A stretch of 64,000 nt of DNA from the NCBI GenBank assembly GCA_036489415.1, contig DASXFS010000014.1, positions 52,936 through 116,935 of the forward strand, in the 5' to 3' direction. The stretch is from Terracidiphilus sp. (GTDB lineage: Bacteria > Acidobacteriota > Terriglobia > Terriglobales > Acidobacteriaceae). Below are positions 36,882 to 47,478 of this stretch, piece after piece (positions within the stretch are counted from its first letter, which is position 1; each line of letters begins with the position of its first letter). The notes under the pieces were generated by a model. That model had not been told where the DNA came from. It worked only from the letters and a program-made list of their open reading frames with translations, and searched no databases. A program made the translations under genes and the position numbers.

Positions 36882-38327
36882 GTGGGCGAAGTAACCCGGC
36901 GAGACTGGTTGAAAGGGGCAACCGCCGCATGGGCGATTGCGCAGGGCAGTTGGGGCGGTATTACGGCAATGGCCGCGGAACTCCCGCATTCCAGGCCGTC
37001 CAAGAGCGATCGCCATTTCACCAGCGCCGCCGTCGAGGCGCTCATTCCCCGCATACAGCGCGGCATCGCCGATCCGGCGCTTTCCACCATCTTTGAAAAC
37101 TGCTTTCCCAACACCCTCGACACCACAGTGTTCCCCGGCACGTTTGAAGGCCATCCCGACACCTACATAGTCACCGGCGACATCGACGCCATGTGGCTCC
37201 GCGACTCCTCCGCGCAGGTCTGGCCTTACGTGCCGCTTGCCAGCCAGGACGCGAAGCTCCGCGAACTCCTCGAAGGCGTGATCCGCCGCCAGGCGCGCAT
37301 GATTCTGCTCGACCCCTACGCCAATGCCTTCATGCGCGATCCCTCCGCTGCGCCGCTCAAATGGGCCGTCAACGACCTCACCGATCATCACCCCGGTGTC
37401 GCCGAGCGCAAGTGGGAAATCGATTCCCTCTGTTATCCCATCCGGCTCGCGTATGGCTACTGGCGCGCCACCGGAGACACTCGCCCATTCGACGCGACCT
37501 TTAAGCAGGCCGCCTGGACCATCGTCCGCACCTTTCACGCCCAGCAGCGCAAGCAAGGTCCGGGGCCCTATTCATTCCAGCGCAGCTCGCCCGTCCCCAG
37601 TGACTCCGTTCCGCTGGGTGGCTTCGGCAATCCAGCTCTCCCCGTCGGCATGATCTTTTCCATGTTCCGCCCATCGGACGACGCCTGCATCTATCCGCTC
37701 TTCGTTCCCGCCAATATGTTCGCCGTCGTCTGCCTGCGCAAGCTGGCCGAGCTGGCCACGCATGTTCTCGACGACCCCAAGCTCGCTGCCGAATCTGAAG
37801 CCCTCGCAGCTGAAGTCAACCGCGCCATCCAGCAGTACGGCAAAATCCGTCACGCCCAGTTCGGCGAAATCTGGGCCTATGAGGTCGATGGCTACGGCAA
37901 TGCGCTGATGATCGACGACGCCGACGCTCCAGGCCTCGTCACCCTGTCGTATCTTGAGTCCTGTACGCTCGACGACCCGCTCTACCAGCGCACCCGCCGG
38001 TTTGCGCTCAGCGATAGCAATCCCTATTTTTGCCACGGTACGGCTGCTGAAGGCGTCGGTAGTCCACACGAAGGCATCGGCACCATCTGGCCCATGTCCA
38101 TCACCTATCGCGTCCTCACAACGACTGACGAGCGCGAAATCCGCCAGTGCCTGCGCTGGCTGCGCGACACCACCGCCGGCACCGGCTTCATGCACGAGTC
38201 ATTCAAAAAAGACGATGCCTCCAGCTTCACCCGCCCCTGGTTCGCCTGGGCCAACACCCTCTTCGGCGAACTGATCGTAAAGCTAGCCGCAGACCATTCC
38301 GGACTTCTCGCATCTTCGTTAAGTTGA
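36882..38327 (+). CDS. GH125 exo-alpha-1,6-mannosidase-like protein, Tat-exported
   Basis: TRRDWLK Tat motif; FENCFPNTLDTTV, TGDI.AMWLRDS, ERKWEIDSL, FRPSDDA, FTRPWFAWAN.LF. Confidence 0.93.
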   Translation: MGEVTRRDWLKGATAAWAIAQGSWGGITAMAAELPHSRPSKSDRHFTSAAVEALIPRIQRGIADPALSTIFENCFPNTLDTTVFPGTFEGHPDTYIVTGDIDAMWLRDSSAQVWPYVPLASQDAKLRELLEGVIRRQARMILLDPYANAFMRDPSAAPLKWAVNDLTDHHPGVAERKWEIDSLCYPIRLAYGYWRATGDTRPFDATFKQAAWTIVRTFHAQQRKQGPGPYSFQRSSPVPSDSVPLGGFGNPALPVGMIFSMFRPSDDACIYPLFVPANMFAVVCLRKLAELATHVLDDPKLAAESEALAAEVNRAIQQYGKIRHAQFGEIWAYEVDGYGNALMIDDADAPGLVTLSYLESCTLDDPLYQRTRRFALSDSNPYFCHGTAAEGVGSPHEGIGTIWPMSITYRVLTTTDEREIRQCLRWLRDTTAGTGFMHESFKKDDASSFTRPWFAWANTLFGELIVKLAADHSGLLASSLS

Positions 38328-38351
38328 TGCACCGTTCACGAGTCGGCGCGC

Positions 38352-38459
38352 GCTCCCGGAGGGAGCCAATGAAAATAGCCCAGTGTGCAGTCCGCCGCAG
38401 CGGACGAAACACTGGGTTAAAGGCGCTGATAAGACCCTCGCCCAATAGGGGCGACGTGA
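38352..38459. repeat. Multi-hairpin REP-like element (single copy in the window)
   Basis: GCTCCCGGAGGGAGC, CCCAGTGT...ACACTGGG enclosing GTCCGC/GCGGAC, and TCGCCC...GGGCGA hairpins. Confidence 0.5.
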
Positions 38460-38539
38460 CCCTGCCGAACCAGCAGGATTCCCGCCCGAATCCCTCCGCC
38501 AATCCCAGCATCTAGAATCAGGATAGGAAGACTTCTCAG

Positions 38540-39487
38540 ATGACAGACATTCGCGACACGGTAATTCTGGGCTCGGGTTGCGCCGGGCTTACGGCGGCCA
38601 TCTACACCGGCCGGGCTGGCTTGAACCCGCTCGTTCTTGAAGGCCACGAGCCCGGCGGCCAGCTTTCCATCACCACGCTGGTTGAGAACTTTCCCGGCTG
38701 GCCTGACGGCATTCAGGGCCCTGAACTGATTGACAACATGAAGAAGCAGGCGCAGCGCTTTGGCGCAACATTTCAGCTTGCTCATCTCAGCAAAGTCGAG
38801 CTCGGCGCGCATCCCATCAAGCTGCACACCTCGGGCGGTGAAATTCACACCCGCACGCTCATCGTCGCCTCTGGCGCCAGCGCCCGCTGGCTGGGCCTGC
38901 CCAGTGAACAGGCGCTTATCGGCCATGGCGTTTCAAGCTGCGCCACATGTGACGGTTTCTTCTTCCGCGGCAAAGAGATTGCTGTTGTCGGCGGTGGCGA
39001 TTCCGCCATGGAAGAAGCGCTCTTTCTCACCCGCTTCGCCACCAAGGTCACGCTGCTTCATCGCCGCGAAGCCTTCCGCGCCTCCAAAATCATGCTTGAT
39101 CGTGCCATGGCTCACCCCAACATCGAACTGCGCACCAACACCACCGTGGAAGAAGTGTTAGGCGTTGAAGAGAAAGACGTGCGCGGCCTGCGCCTAAAAG
39201 ATGTGAAAACCGGCGTGGAAGATGAACTGTCGGTCAGCGCGCTGTTTCTCGGCATCGGCCACGAGCCCAACGCCAAAATGTTCGCCGGTCAGATGGATCT
39301 CGACGAAGACGGCTACATCAAGACCACCGGCAACGTGCTCACTACGCACGAGGGCCACGTCATTCCTGGCGTCTTCGCCTGCGGTGACGTGCAAGACCGC
39401 CGCTACCGCCAGGCCATCACCGCCGCCGGTTCCGGCTGCATGGCCGCGCTCGAAGCAGAGAAGTATTTAGAAGAGCACGGCCACTGA
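38540..39487 (+). CDS. trxB: Thioredoxin-disulfide reductase
   Basis: GSGCAG, GGQL..TT.VENFPG, SCATCDG, GGGDSAMEEA, GDVQD..YRQAITAAG. Confidence 0.96.
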   Translation: MTDIRDTVILGSGCAGLTAAIYTGRAGLNPLVLEGHEPGGQLSITTLVENFPGWPDGIQGPELIDNMKKQAQRFGATFQLAHLSKVELGAHPIKLHTSGGEIHTRTLIVASGASARWLGLPSEQALIGHGVSSCATCDGFFFRGKEIAVVGGGDSAMEEALFLTRFATKVTLLHRREAFRASKIMLDRAMAHPNIELRTNTTVEEVLGVEEKDVRGLRLKDVKTGVEDELSVSALFLGIGHEPNAKMFAGQMDLDEDGYIKTTGNVLTTHEGHVIPGVFACGDVQDRRYRQAITAAGSGCMAALEAEKYLEEHGH

Positions 39488-39498
39488 GCGGAGAAGCC

Positions 39499-40245
39499 AT
39501 GACGGCGCTCAACGAAAATCTGGCCCGGCTTGAAGAAGCCATCGCTGCCGCCTGCCGCAACGCCGGCCGCCCCCGCGATGAAGTCGAACTGATGGCCGTT
39601 TCAAAAACCTATCCCGCCGCAACCATTCTCGAAGCGGCGGGTCTTGGTATGCGCCTGTTCGGCGAAAATCGCGTCCAGGAGTTCGCCGCGAAAGCTCCTA
39701 ACCTCACCCCACTCCGCTCCAACGGAATCAATTCCGCCGCCGACGTGCCAATCCTTGTCCACCTCATCGGCCATTTGCAATCGAACAAAGCCGTACGCGC
39801 CGTTGAGCTTTTTGACGCTGTAGATTCCGTTGACTCCCTCCGTCTCGCCGAAAGGCTGAATGAAGCCGCGGGGAAATCAGGCAAGCGCCTGCCCATCCTC
39901 ATCGAAGTCAAACTCAGTCCCGAAGAGTCGAAAGCCGGCCTCGAACCAGGCTCTGCCGAAGCGGCGCAGCTGCTTGAGCGTTTGCCGAACCTCGAACACC
40001 TGCAAACCCAAGGCCTCATGACCATCGCCCCCTGGGGCGTCGCCGAAGACATAACCCGCGCCTGCTTCCGCAGTCTCCGCACCTGGCGCGACAAGTGGTC
40101 CTCGACCCATCCAAGTCTGAGCCTCGAAGTCCTTTCCATGGGCATGAGCGGCGATTTTCCATTAGCCATTCAAGAAGGCGCTACCCGCATCCGCGTCGGC
40201 ACGGCTCTCTTCGGTAAGCGCCAACCCTATACCGGTCCCGAATAA
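39499..40245 (+). CDS. yggS: YggS/PLPBP pyridoxal phosphate homeostasis protein
   Basis: AVSKT, FGENRVQE, HLIGHLQSNK, GLMTI, SMGMSGD, GAT.IRVGTALFG. Confidence 0.95.
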   Translation: MTALNENLARLEEAIAAACRNAGRPRDEVELMAVSKTYPAATILEAAGLGMRLFGENRVQEFAAKAPNLTPLRSNGINSAADVPILVHLIGHLQSNKAVRAVELFDAVDSVDSLRLAERLNEAAGKSGKRLPILIEVKLSPEESKAGLEPGSAEAAQLLERLPNLEHLQTQGLMTIAPWGVAEDITRACFRSLRTWRDKWSSTHPSLSLEVLSMGMSGDFPLAIQEGATRIRVGTALFGKRQPYTGPE

Positions 40246-40261
40246 GTCCACCCCAAAAACT

Positions 40262-40306
40262 TGTCATCCTGAGCGAAGCGCACTTCAGCGGAGTCGAAGG
40301 ACCTGC
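40262..40306. repeat. REP-A palindrome, free copy
   Basis: TGTCATCCTGAGCGAAGCGCACTTCAGCGGAGTCGAAGGACCTGC, 43/45 identical to 11699-11743 but without flanking TIRs. Confidence 0.8.
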
Positions 40307-40337
40307 TTCTGTTCTTCGATGCTGTCAGCTTATGAAC

Positions 40338-41000
40338 CTACCGCCCATGATGCGCAAAAGCCGCAGCCAGCGCCTCTTCCGGCTCCGGCCGCACGCGAAA
40401 ATCCGCATGAGCCTCCGCGAAAAGCACTCGCCCATCGCGCCCAAGCACATACGTCGCCGGAATCGGCAGCGTCCAGCTTTTCTCCCCATTCACAAAGGGA
40501 ATATTCACGAGAATAGAAAGGTAATAAGTCCGGTGATACTCAGGCACCGTATAAACCAGCCCAAACTTTTCCGCCACCACGTTTCCCACGTCATGCAGCA
40601 CGGGAAAGGGTAATCCATGCTGCCCGGCCATGAAGTCGCTCTGCCGCTCAATCTGCGGCCCAATCGCCACCAGCAGACCCTCGCGCTCGCGCAGCGTTCC
40701 ATATAGGTCGCGCCAGGCCTCCAGCTCTGTCACGCAATACGAACACCACCGCCCGCGAAAGAACTTGATCACCAGCGGCCCCAGCGCCAGCAGATCCGCC
40801 GACCGCACTGTGCGTCCGCTCGCATCCTTCAGCGCGAACTCGGGAGCGATCGCGCCAACCGGCAGAATGTGCTCCTCAATGCCAGAGTTGAACAACTCCG
40901 CAACCGCCCGCTCGCCTATCGCCAACCGCTCCGCCTGCACCAGGTGCCGCGTGTTCGCCGTAATCTCGTCGAGTTGATCCTGCAGGCTCGTGGTTGTCAT
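40338..41000 (-). CDS. Peroxiredoxin-like AhpC/TSA family protein
   Basis: APEFAL.D, FFRGRWCSYC, FPVL.D, LPIPATYV, DFRVRPEP. Confidence 0.88.
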   Translation of the reverse strand: MTTTSLQDQLDEITANTRHLVQAERLAIGERAVAELFNSGIEEHILPVGAIAPEFALKDASGRTVRSADLLALGPLVIKFFRGRWCSYCVTELEAWRDLYGTLREREGLLVAIGPQIERQSDFMAGQHGLPFPVLHDVGNVVAEKFGLVYTVPEYHRTYYLSILVNIPFVNGEKSWTLPIPATYVLGRDGRVLFAEAHADFRVRPEPEEALAAAFAHHGR

Positions 41001-41046
41001 GGGTGCGCCTAATTTCTATCAAGACGACTTATGGCCGTCAGAGGTT

Positions 41047-42441
41047 TTACCGTCCGAATTTCTGTTTCCCGCCCATGCCCATCGCGCCCAGTCCGCCGCG
41101 CATCATATTCCGCGCCAGTCCGCCCTTGCCCATCTGCTTGAACATCTTGGCCATCTGCGCATACTGCCGCAGCAACTGGTTCACATCCTGCACCGAGGTC
41201 CCGCTGCCCGTCGCAATCCGCTTCCGCCGCGAGCCGGAGATGATCTCGTGATTGCGCCGCTCAACCGGCGTCATGGAGTTGATAATCGCTTCCAGGCGCA
41301 CAAATTGCTTCTCGTCCACCTGCTTGGTAGCTTGCTGCAAACCCGCAAACGGCCCCACGGACGGCAGCATCTTCAAGATGCTCTCCATCGATCCCATCTT
41401 CTTGATCTGCCGCAACTGATCGCGAAAATCTTCCAGCGTAAATCCGTCGCCCAGCAGCGCCTTCTTGGCAAACTCCTCGCTCTTCTTCCGGTCGAGCGTC
41501 GATTCCGCCTTCTCGATCAGCGACATCATGTCGCCCATGCCCAGAATGCGGCCGACAATCCGGTCCGGATGAAACGGCTCGAACGCGTCCGGCTTTTCGC
41601 CCACGCCGATAAACTTGATCGGCTGCCCTGTCACATGCCGAATCGACAGCGCCGCGCCGCCGCGCGCATCGCCGTCCATCTTCGTCAGCACCACGCCCGT
41701 CAGTCCTAGCCGCTTATGAAAATCCTCGGCCGAGTTCACCGCGTCCTGCCCGGTCATAGCATCGGCCACAAACAAAATCTCCGACGGGTTGAGCAGCTTC
41801 TTCAGCCGCTCCATCTCGCCCATCAGTTCTTCATCAATGTGCAGGCGTCCGGCCGTATCGACGATCAGCGTGTCGCAGCCCATGATGCGGGCCTCGCGCA
41901 AGGCTTCCTTCGCCAGTCGCTCCACGAGAGTGGAACCGGGCGCGTCACCTTTCTGGTCGCCCTCATAGAGCTTCGCATCAATGGATTTGGCGACCACCTT
42001 CAACTGCTCGCGTGCCGCCGGCCGGTACACGTCCACCGACACCAGCATGGGCCGATGGCCGCCCTTTTTGAGCCACGCCGCCAGCTTGCCGCTGGTCGTT
42101 GTTTTGCCTGACCCCTGCAAGCCCGCCATCAGGATCACCGTCGGGGGCTGTGAGGCAAATTTGAACCGCGCCGTATCCTTGCCCAGCAGTGCGATCAGCT
42201 CATCGCGGACGATCTTGATCACCTGCTCGGAGGGCGAGAGTGCCGTCAGCACTTCGGTTCCCACGGCTTTCAAGCGGATCTGCTCGATCAGATCGCGAGC
42301 CACGTTGAGGTTAACGTCCGCCTCAAGCAGCGCCACGCGAATCTCTGCGAGCGCCTCGGCAATGTTTTCTTTCGTGAGCGTACCCTGGCCCCGGAGGGTC
42401 TTGAAAGCACGCTGAAGTTTGTCGGTAAGAGTCTCAAACAT
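41047..42441 (-). CDS. ffh: Signal recognition particle protein
   Basis: ALLEADV, GLQGSGKTT, DTAGR, TKMDGDARGG, M-domain SRRKRIA.GSG. Confidence 0.98.
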   Translation of the reverse strand: MFETLTDKLQRAFKTLRGQGTLTKENIAEALAEIRVALLEADVNLNVARDLIEQIRLKAVGTEVLTALSPSEQVIKIVRDELIALLGKDTARFKFASQPPTVILMAGLQGSGKTTTSGKLAAWLKKGGHRPMLVSVDVYRPAAREQLKVVAKSIDAKLYEGDQKGDAPGSTLVERLAKEALREARIMGCDTLIVDTAGRLHIDEELMGEMERLKKLLNPSEILFVADAMTGQDAVNSAEDFHKRLGLTGVVLTKMDGDARGGAALSIRHVTGQPIKFIGVGEKPDAFEPFHPDRIVGRILGMGDMMSLIEKAESTLDRKKSEEFAKKALLGDGFTLEDFRDQLRQIKKMGSMESILKMLPSVGPFAGLQQATKQVDEKQFVRLEAIINSMTPVERRNHEIISGSRRKRIATGSGTSVQDVNQLLRQYAQMAKMFKQMGKGGLARNMMRGGLGAMGMGGKQKFGR

Positions 42442-42595
42442 AGGTTAACTACCAGTGTATCGTGCCCCCTGCGGTGCGTTCGCCACCTGGGGTGAGGCAT
42501 ACGCTTGCGCGCCATGGGTCTCGGCGGCCTCGCATCCTTTCCGCGGAAAAAAGCGAAAAGGGAGGAAAATGCGAAGATGTACGGATTTAGGAGAC

Positions 42596-44017
42596 CTATT
42601 CCGCCGGCGCAATCAGGTACTGCTCCAGCTTCCCGTCCGGATACGTGTAGGTAGTCAGCGTCAGCCGCTTCCCGGGATAAACAATCTGGAACGCGCGAAA
42701 CGTCATGCCGCCGCGCAGTTGCTCGCCGGCTTGATGAAACGTCAGCGGCTCGCCCAGAGGAGCCAGACTGTCGCGATAATCCGCCAACGCTTCCGGCGTA
42801 AAGTAGTCGCTCAAGTTTGGAGCCAGCAGGGTGCGGTCAATATGCCCTTGTTGCAATCCGTGATACAGATCGATAGCCTGTTGCTCCGGGGCTGTCAGCG
42901 GCGCATTCAGCACAGCCGGCGCAGCCAGCCGCGCAATCGTCGACGCCGCTCCAACCGCGTCCTGGTTGGTCAGCACTGCCACAGCCACGCCGTCATCAAC
43001 CAACACTTCATTGTCTGACACAAAGCCGGAAACCTCGCCCGAGTGCTCGATTGACCGGTGCCCACCGCGGTCCATCACCTCCACGCCCAGGCCGTAATGC
43101 GTCCCCTTGCCGTCCTTCAGCTTCACCTCGGTAAACATCTGCTTGTAGCTCTCCGGCTTGAGCACGGTTTCGGCAATCAGGCTCTTATCCCACAGCGCCA
43201 GATCATGCGCCGTCATGGCCAACTCGCCCGCGGCAAACATCCAGCCGCGCCCCTCTTTCGGAGCCACGCGCAGCGGCCCCAGCGCGTGCCGGTAATACGC
43301 CGTCGCATCCACTGATGTCAGCTTGGCCTCGTCCGAATTCCATACAGACGTCATGCCGAGCTGCCTGAAGATGCGGCTCACCAGCATATCCATCAGCGGC
43401 TTCCCGGTCACCGTCTCCACGATCCGGCCTGCAATCACAAAGTTCGTATTCGAGTACTGCCACTTGGTTCCCGGCTCAAAGTCCAGCGGCTTCTTACCCC
43501 ACGTGTCGAGGATCTGCTGCGCTCTCTCCGGCTTCAGCATGGGCGTCATCACATAGTCTTCCGGCCAGTAGTCCTGATAGCCCGAAGTATGCGACAGAAT
43601 CTGCCGAATGGTCACCTTATCGCCCTCCGTCAGCCCTGGAATGTACTTGCCCACCGTGTCGTCGAGCGAGAGTTTGCCGTCCTCCTGCAGCAGCAAAATC
43701 GCCGTCGCCGTGAACTGCTTGGAGATGGAGCCAATCGAGTAACGCATCTCCGGCGTCGCAGCCATCGCCGGGTCCGTACTGGTAGCCAGCCGCGCCTCGC
43801 CGTAAGCCTGCGTATAGACCAGCTTGCCGTGGTCCACCACCGCAACCGATGCGGAAGGAACCCCGGTCTGTTCCAGCACCTGCGCGGCAATGCGGTCCAC
43901 GCGCGCCTTGAGCGCGGGGTCAAGCGTGTCCACGGCCTGGGCGGTAAGCGTACAGGGGACAAGGGCGATGAGGGCAAAAACACCAAGGCAGGTTGCGCAG
44001 CGTCGGGGTCGGAACAT
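42596..44017 (-). CDS. Serine hydrolase, beta-lactamase/class C-like family
   Basis: SxxK (GSISKQF), LSHTSG, YSN, HSG; signal peptide. Confidence 0.88.
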   Translation of the reverse strand: MFRPRRCATCLGVFALIALVPCTLTAQAVDTLDPALKARVDRIAAQVLEQTGVPSASVAVVDHGKLVYTQAYGEARLATSTDPAMAATPEMRYSIGSISKQFTATAILLLQEDGKLSLDDTVGKYIPGLTEGDKVTIRQILSHTSGYQDYWPEDYVMTPMLKPERAQQILDTWGKKPLDFEPGTKWQYSNTNFVIAGRIVETVTGKPLMDMLVSRIFRQLGMTSVWNSDEAKLTSVDATAYYRHALGPLRVAPKEGRGWMFAAGELAMTAHDLALWDKSLIAETVLKPESYKQMFTEVKLKDGKGTHYGLGVEVMDRGGHRSIEHSGEVSGFVSDNEVLVDDGVAVAVLTNQDAVGAASTIARLAAPAVLNAPLTAPEQQAIDLYHGLQQGHIDRTLLAPNLSDYFTPEALADYRDSLAPLGEPLTFHQAGEQLRGGMTFRAFQIVYPGKRLTLTTYTYPDGKLEQYLIAPAE

Positions 44018-44212
44018 GGGTGAGGTGAAACTCCTCTCAATCAGGATGCTGCGCCAGCGTGCGGTTTGCGCTGCAAAGGCTAACAGCCGCTAGGATTGCG
44101 AGCGTCAGAAATCTGCGGGGAAGCATCGAGGTAACTATAGCGCAGCATTCGTGCGTTAGGCTGGTGTTGACCGGCAGTTATTTTTTGTCAGAGCGAGGGG
44201 CAACCGGAAACT

Positions 44213-44830
44213 ATGGAAAAGTTGATCGAAGGGCACAAGAGCTTTCTGGCGGAGTCATTTCCCGCCCGGCGCAGCCAGTTTCATCTGTTAGCCGAGCGCC
44301 AAGCGCCGGGCACGTTGTTTGTTACCTGCGCAGACTCGCGCATTGTGCCGGATCTCATTCTGCAAACCCAGCCCGGCGATCTGTTTATCTGCCGCAACGT
44401 CGGCAATGTCATCCCACGCGCCGGAGAGCCTGCCGGCGGCGTTGGCGCCACAGTCGAGTATGCCGTCGAAGTCCTGCATGTCAGCCATCTCATTGTCTGC
44501 GGCCACTCCGACTGCGGCGTCATCCGCGCCCTCATGGCGCCTCAAGGCCTCACTAACCTTCCCAATGTCCTGGATTGGCTCCAGCACGTCGAGCCCGCAT
44601 GGCAATATCTTGATGAAGTCGAGCGCAACGCCGGCGAGCTCACCCGCCACACAGCCCTGACCCATGCGAATGTACTCGTTCAGTTGGACAATCTGCGCAC
44701 CCATGAGTACATCCGCCGGGCCCTCGACGCTGGACGCCTGCAGATTCATGGCTGGTACTACGACATTATGAGCGGACGCATTGAGCAATATGACGAGCGG
44801 CTGCGAAGGTTTACCGGGCTCGTCGAATAA
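44213..44830 (+). CDS. Beta-class carbonic anhydrase
   Basis: TCADSR, RNVGN, VEYAV, CGHSDCG, HGWYYDI. Confidence 0.95.
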   Translation: MEKLIEGHKSFLAESFPARRSQFHLLAERQAPGTLFVTCADSRIVPDLILQTQPGDLFICRNVGNVIPRAGEPAGGVGATVEYAVEVLHVSHLIVCGHSDCGVIRALMAPQGLTNLPNVLDWLQHVEPAWQYLDEVERNAGELTRHTALTHANVLVQLDNLRTHEYIRRALDAGRLQIHGWYYDIMSGRIEQYDERLRRFTGLVE

Positions 44831-44902
44831 TTTGACAGAAAAATGGGCTGGTTCCCGCTCTCAGGAACCAGCCCATGTGCTTGCAAGCGGAAATGCGCCG
44901 GA

Positions 44903-46582
44903 CTACTGCGGAGGATTCGATACGCCGGAAGCGCCATTCTCGCCGGTTGCAGGCGCCGGAGCCTGCGGACTCGCGCCAGCCTGGCCTGGCTGGCTGGCCG
45001 GTTGGCTGGGAGCCGGCTCGGTTTCTGACTGGGCTCCCGGGCCGCTCGGCCCAATGCCAATGGCCGCACCGGAAACCACTAACTCAACGCGCCGGTTCTG
45101 GGCGCGTCCTGCATTGGTCGAGTTGTCGGCGATGGGATCGCTCTTGCCCAAACCCTTCGCCGTAACATTCGCATCCGAAACACTCTGCGAAACAAGATAG
45201 TCGCGAACGCCGTCTGCGCGCTGCTCGGATAACTTCTGGTTATATTCGTCGGACCCGATGTTATCCGTGTATCCCTCCACCTGCAGCTTCAGGTTCGGAT
45301 ACGCAAGCAGGATACCGGAGACCTTGGCCAGCTTCTCGCGCGCCTCAGGCTTCAGTGTGTACTTGTTGAAGTCAAACAACACGTCAGACATGTTCACAAT
45401 CAATCCGCGCGCCGTTTCCGTCGTTTGCAGCACCTGATTCAACTGCTGGCGCAGCCGTTCGCGCACTTGCTCCGCCTGTTGAGAGGCCTGCTGCGCGCTC
45501 TGTTCCGCCGCCTGCTGTGCCGCACGCGCCGCCTCGGCTCTGGCTTCCGCTTCCTTTGCCGCCGCATCCGCTTGGGCTCGCGCCGCCGCCTGCTGCTCCG
45601 CCGCCGCCTGCGATTGCTGAGCCTGCTGCTCCGCATTCACGCGGGCCTGCTGCGTCGCCGCATCGTCTTCCGCCTTGATTTTGCGGATGGTAATGATGCG
45701 CGCGTCTTCAGCCGATTGCACCGCCTCACGCGCATAGGTGATGGCCTGTTTGCGATCTTTCCCATGTACATCGATGTCATGCGCATTTTGCAATGCCGTT
45801 TTCGCCGTAGTCATGGTGTCGGGAGCATACTTTTCAGCGCCCGCTGCTTCCGCAATCTGCACCGCGTTGATCGCCTCGTAGACTTCCAGCGGCGACCGCT
45901 CATCGCGGGTGATAGGGTGAAGCACCGTATGGCGGCCGGCTGTTTCAGCGTAAGCGCCGCGCGGCAGCAGGGAGTAATGCGCATTCACCTGTTCGATCAC
46001 GCCCTGCGTCTTATCCTCGATAAAGTTCTGCATCACTACCAGGTCGCTGGGCATGGTCACGGCGAAATAGGGCTCGGCTGTCACAATCAACCCGAACGCC
46101 TGTAGATTGGTCGTTACCGTAAGCTGGCTCCTGTCCTTGGATCCTGTCGGCAAAACCTCGCCCAGGTTGATCGGCCGTCCCTCCGGCGTAATCGCCCACA
46201 GAACGTACGTCAGGTACTCCGGCCCAAATCCGTTGGCCGGCGTCAGCCCTTCAAAGCTGGCATCGATCGAAGTCCGGCCCAGGCGCGCCTCAACCTTCGC
46301 CGTGCCCTTCGCTGCCGGCAGCAGACTTGTTCCCTGAAAGCCAATCTTGGTGGCGCTGCTGCGATGAAAATAATTGATCGCGGGAATGTCGCGCCCAACC
46401 ACCTGGATCTTGTAAAGCGGCACATCGTCCCGGGTCCCCTCCTGGGTCATCGGGGCTGGTGTGCTCTGCATCGGCGATTGCCCATTCGCCGTCGGGTTCG
46501 ATTCCTGTGCGCTCGACAAAGCTGGCAAGGCAAGCATCAATAAGAGAGACGCGTATGCGTAACTGGATTTGCTCTTGAACAT
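44903..46582 (-). CDS. OmpA-family protein with Ala/Gln-rich coiled coil
   Basis: GGAGG RBS, signal peptide; DVLFDFN, VEGYTD..G...YNQKLSEQRA, GRAQNRRVE. Confidence 0.9.
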   Translation of the reverse strand: MFKSKSSYAYASLLLMLALPALSSAQESNPTANGQSPMQSTPAPMTQEGTRDDVPLYKIQVVGRDIPAINYFHRSSATKIGFQGTSLLPAAKGTAKVEARLGRTSIDASFEGLTPANGFGPEYLTYVLWAITPEGRPINLGEVLPTGSKDRSQLTVTTNLQAFGLIVTAEPYFAVTMPSDLVVMQNFIEDKTQGVIEQVNAHYSLLPRGAYAETAGRHTVLHPITRDERSPLEVYEAINAVQIAEAAGAEKYAPDTMTTAKTALQNAHDIDVHGKDRKQAITYAREAVQSAEDARIITIRKIKAEDDAATQQARVNAEQQAQQSQAAAEQQAAARAQADAAAKEAEARAEAARAAQQAAEQSAQQASQQAEQVRERLRQQLNQVLQTTETARGLIVNMSDVLFDFNKYTLKPEAREKLAKVSGILLAYPNLKLQVEGYTDNIGSDEYNQKLSEQRADGVRDYLVSQSVSDANVTAKGLGKSDPIADNSTNAGRAQNRRVELVVSGAAIGIGPSGPGAQSETEPAPSQPASQPGQAGASPQAPAPATGENGASGVSNPPQ

Positions 46583-47478
46583 CCGGGTTTCCTCCGTGCT
46601 TGTACGAGATTCCGCTGCCCGAAGCCGATGGCTTCTAGAGGCGCGGACCCCGCAGTGAAGCCCACGGAAGTAGATGCCTCGCAGGGTGGGTAAGTTGTCC
46701 TGAGACAATCATCAAGCAGGCGCTTATGTGGCGCTATATAGCTCAATCTAAATTGGATATTTCCGCAAAAGGATCACGCCGATCTGTTCGCACCGAATTC
46801 GTTGGTGACAATTCATGAGTGCCAATTCCGCAGAAATTGATTGGCAACGCCACAGGTTTTCCCATTCTGTCCGAGCATCGGAAGCCGATCAGCAGGATCG
46901 GAGGAACATCTTAGCCGTTCACGCGGACGGGCGAAATATCAAGCGGAGGTACAAATGAGCATTTGGCTGCAACGGTCCTCGTCGATCTCCCAAAGTCAAT
47001 GCCCGCTTGGTAATCGATGCTTGTATATCCAAAGTGGTACGGAAGTTCCATTCTTCTCCCACCTTTGCGCAAGAATCTGCACTTTGGTTACCCGCAATGC
47101 GCCCTAACACCTTGAAATTGCAAGAGGTCATTTTGGCTGTCCAATTGCTCTATTGCGCGGAGATGTCCCGTATTTACTGGAGGTCTATTGCTGCCCACTG
47201 CACGACAGATGTGTGCGCACTTTCCTCATGATCACTTCCCCTGGGTGACGTGCTGGCGCAGGCTTCCAGAAACCTCAACCCGCTTTTCCCGAATGCACCG
47301 ACAACTCCATCAAGTGACTTTGGCCAGGAACGATTGTCCCGAGGCTATCGCGATCAACGACCTCAGTCTTATCGACGACGTTACGCCGCGCGCCACATCT
47401 CTAACGCTCTCCGCGGTGCAAGTTGCCGGGCAGACCAGACGCTAATTTCTCAATTCCGAGAATCCTGAAAGGAACAGA

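Noticed and set aside
11699-40306. Recurring palindromes considered as a CRISPR array
   Set aside because: Copies are dispersed, not tandem with spacers, and no cas genes are present.
46799-46825. GAGTGCCAA resembling a CIRCE half-site
   Set aside because: The matching left half is absent at the 9-bp spacing and no chaperone gene follows.
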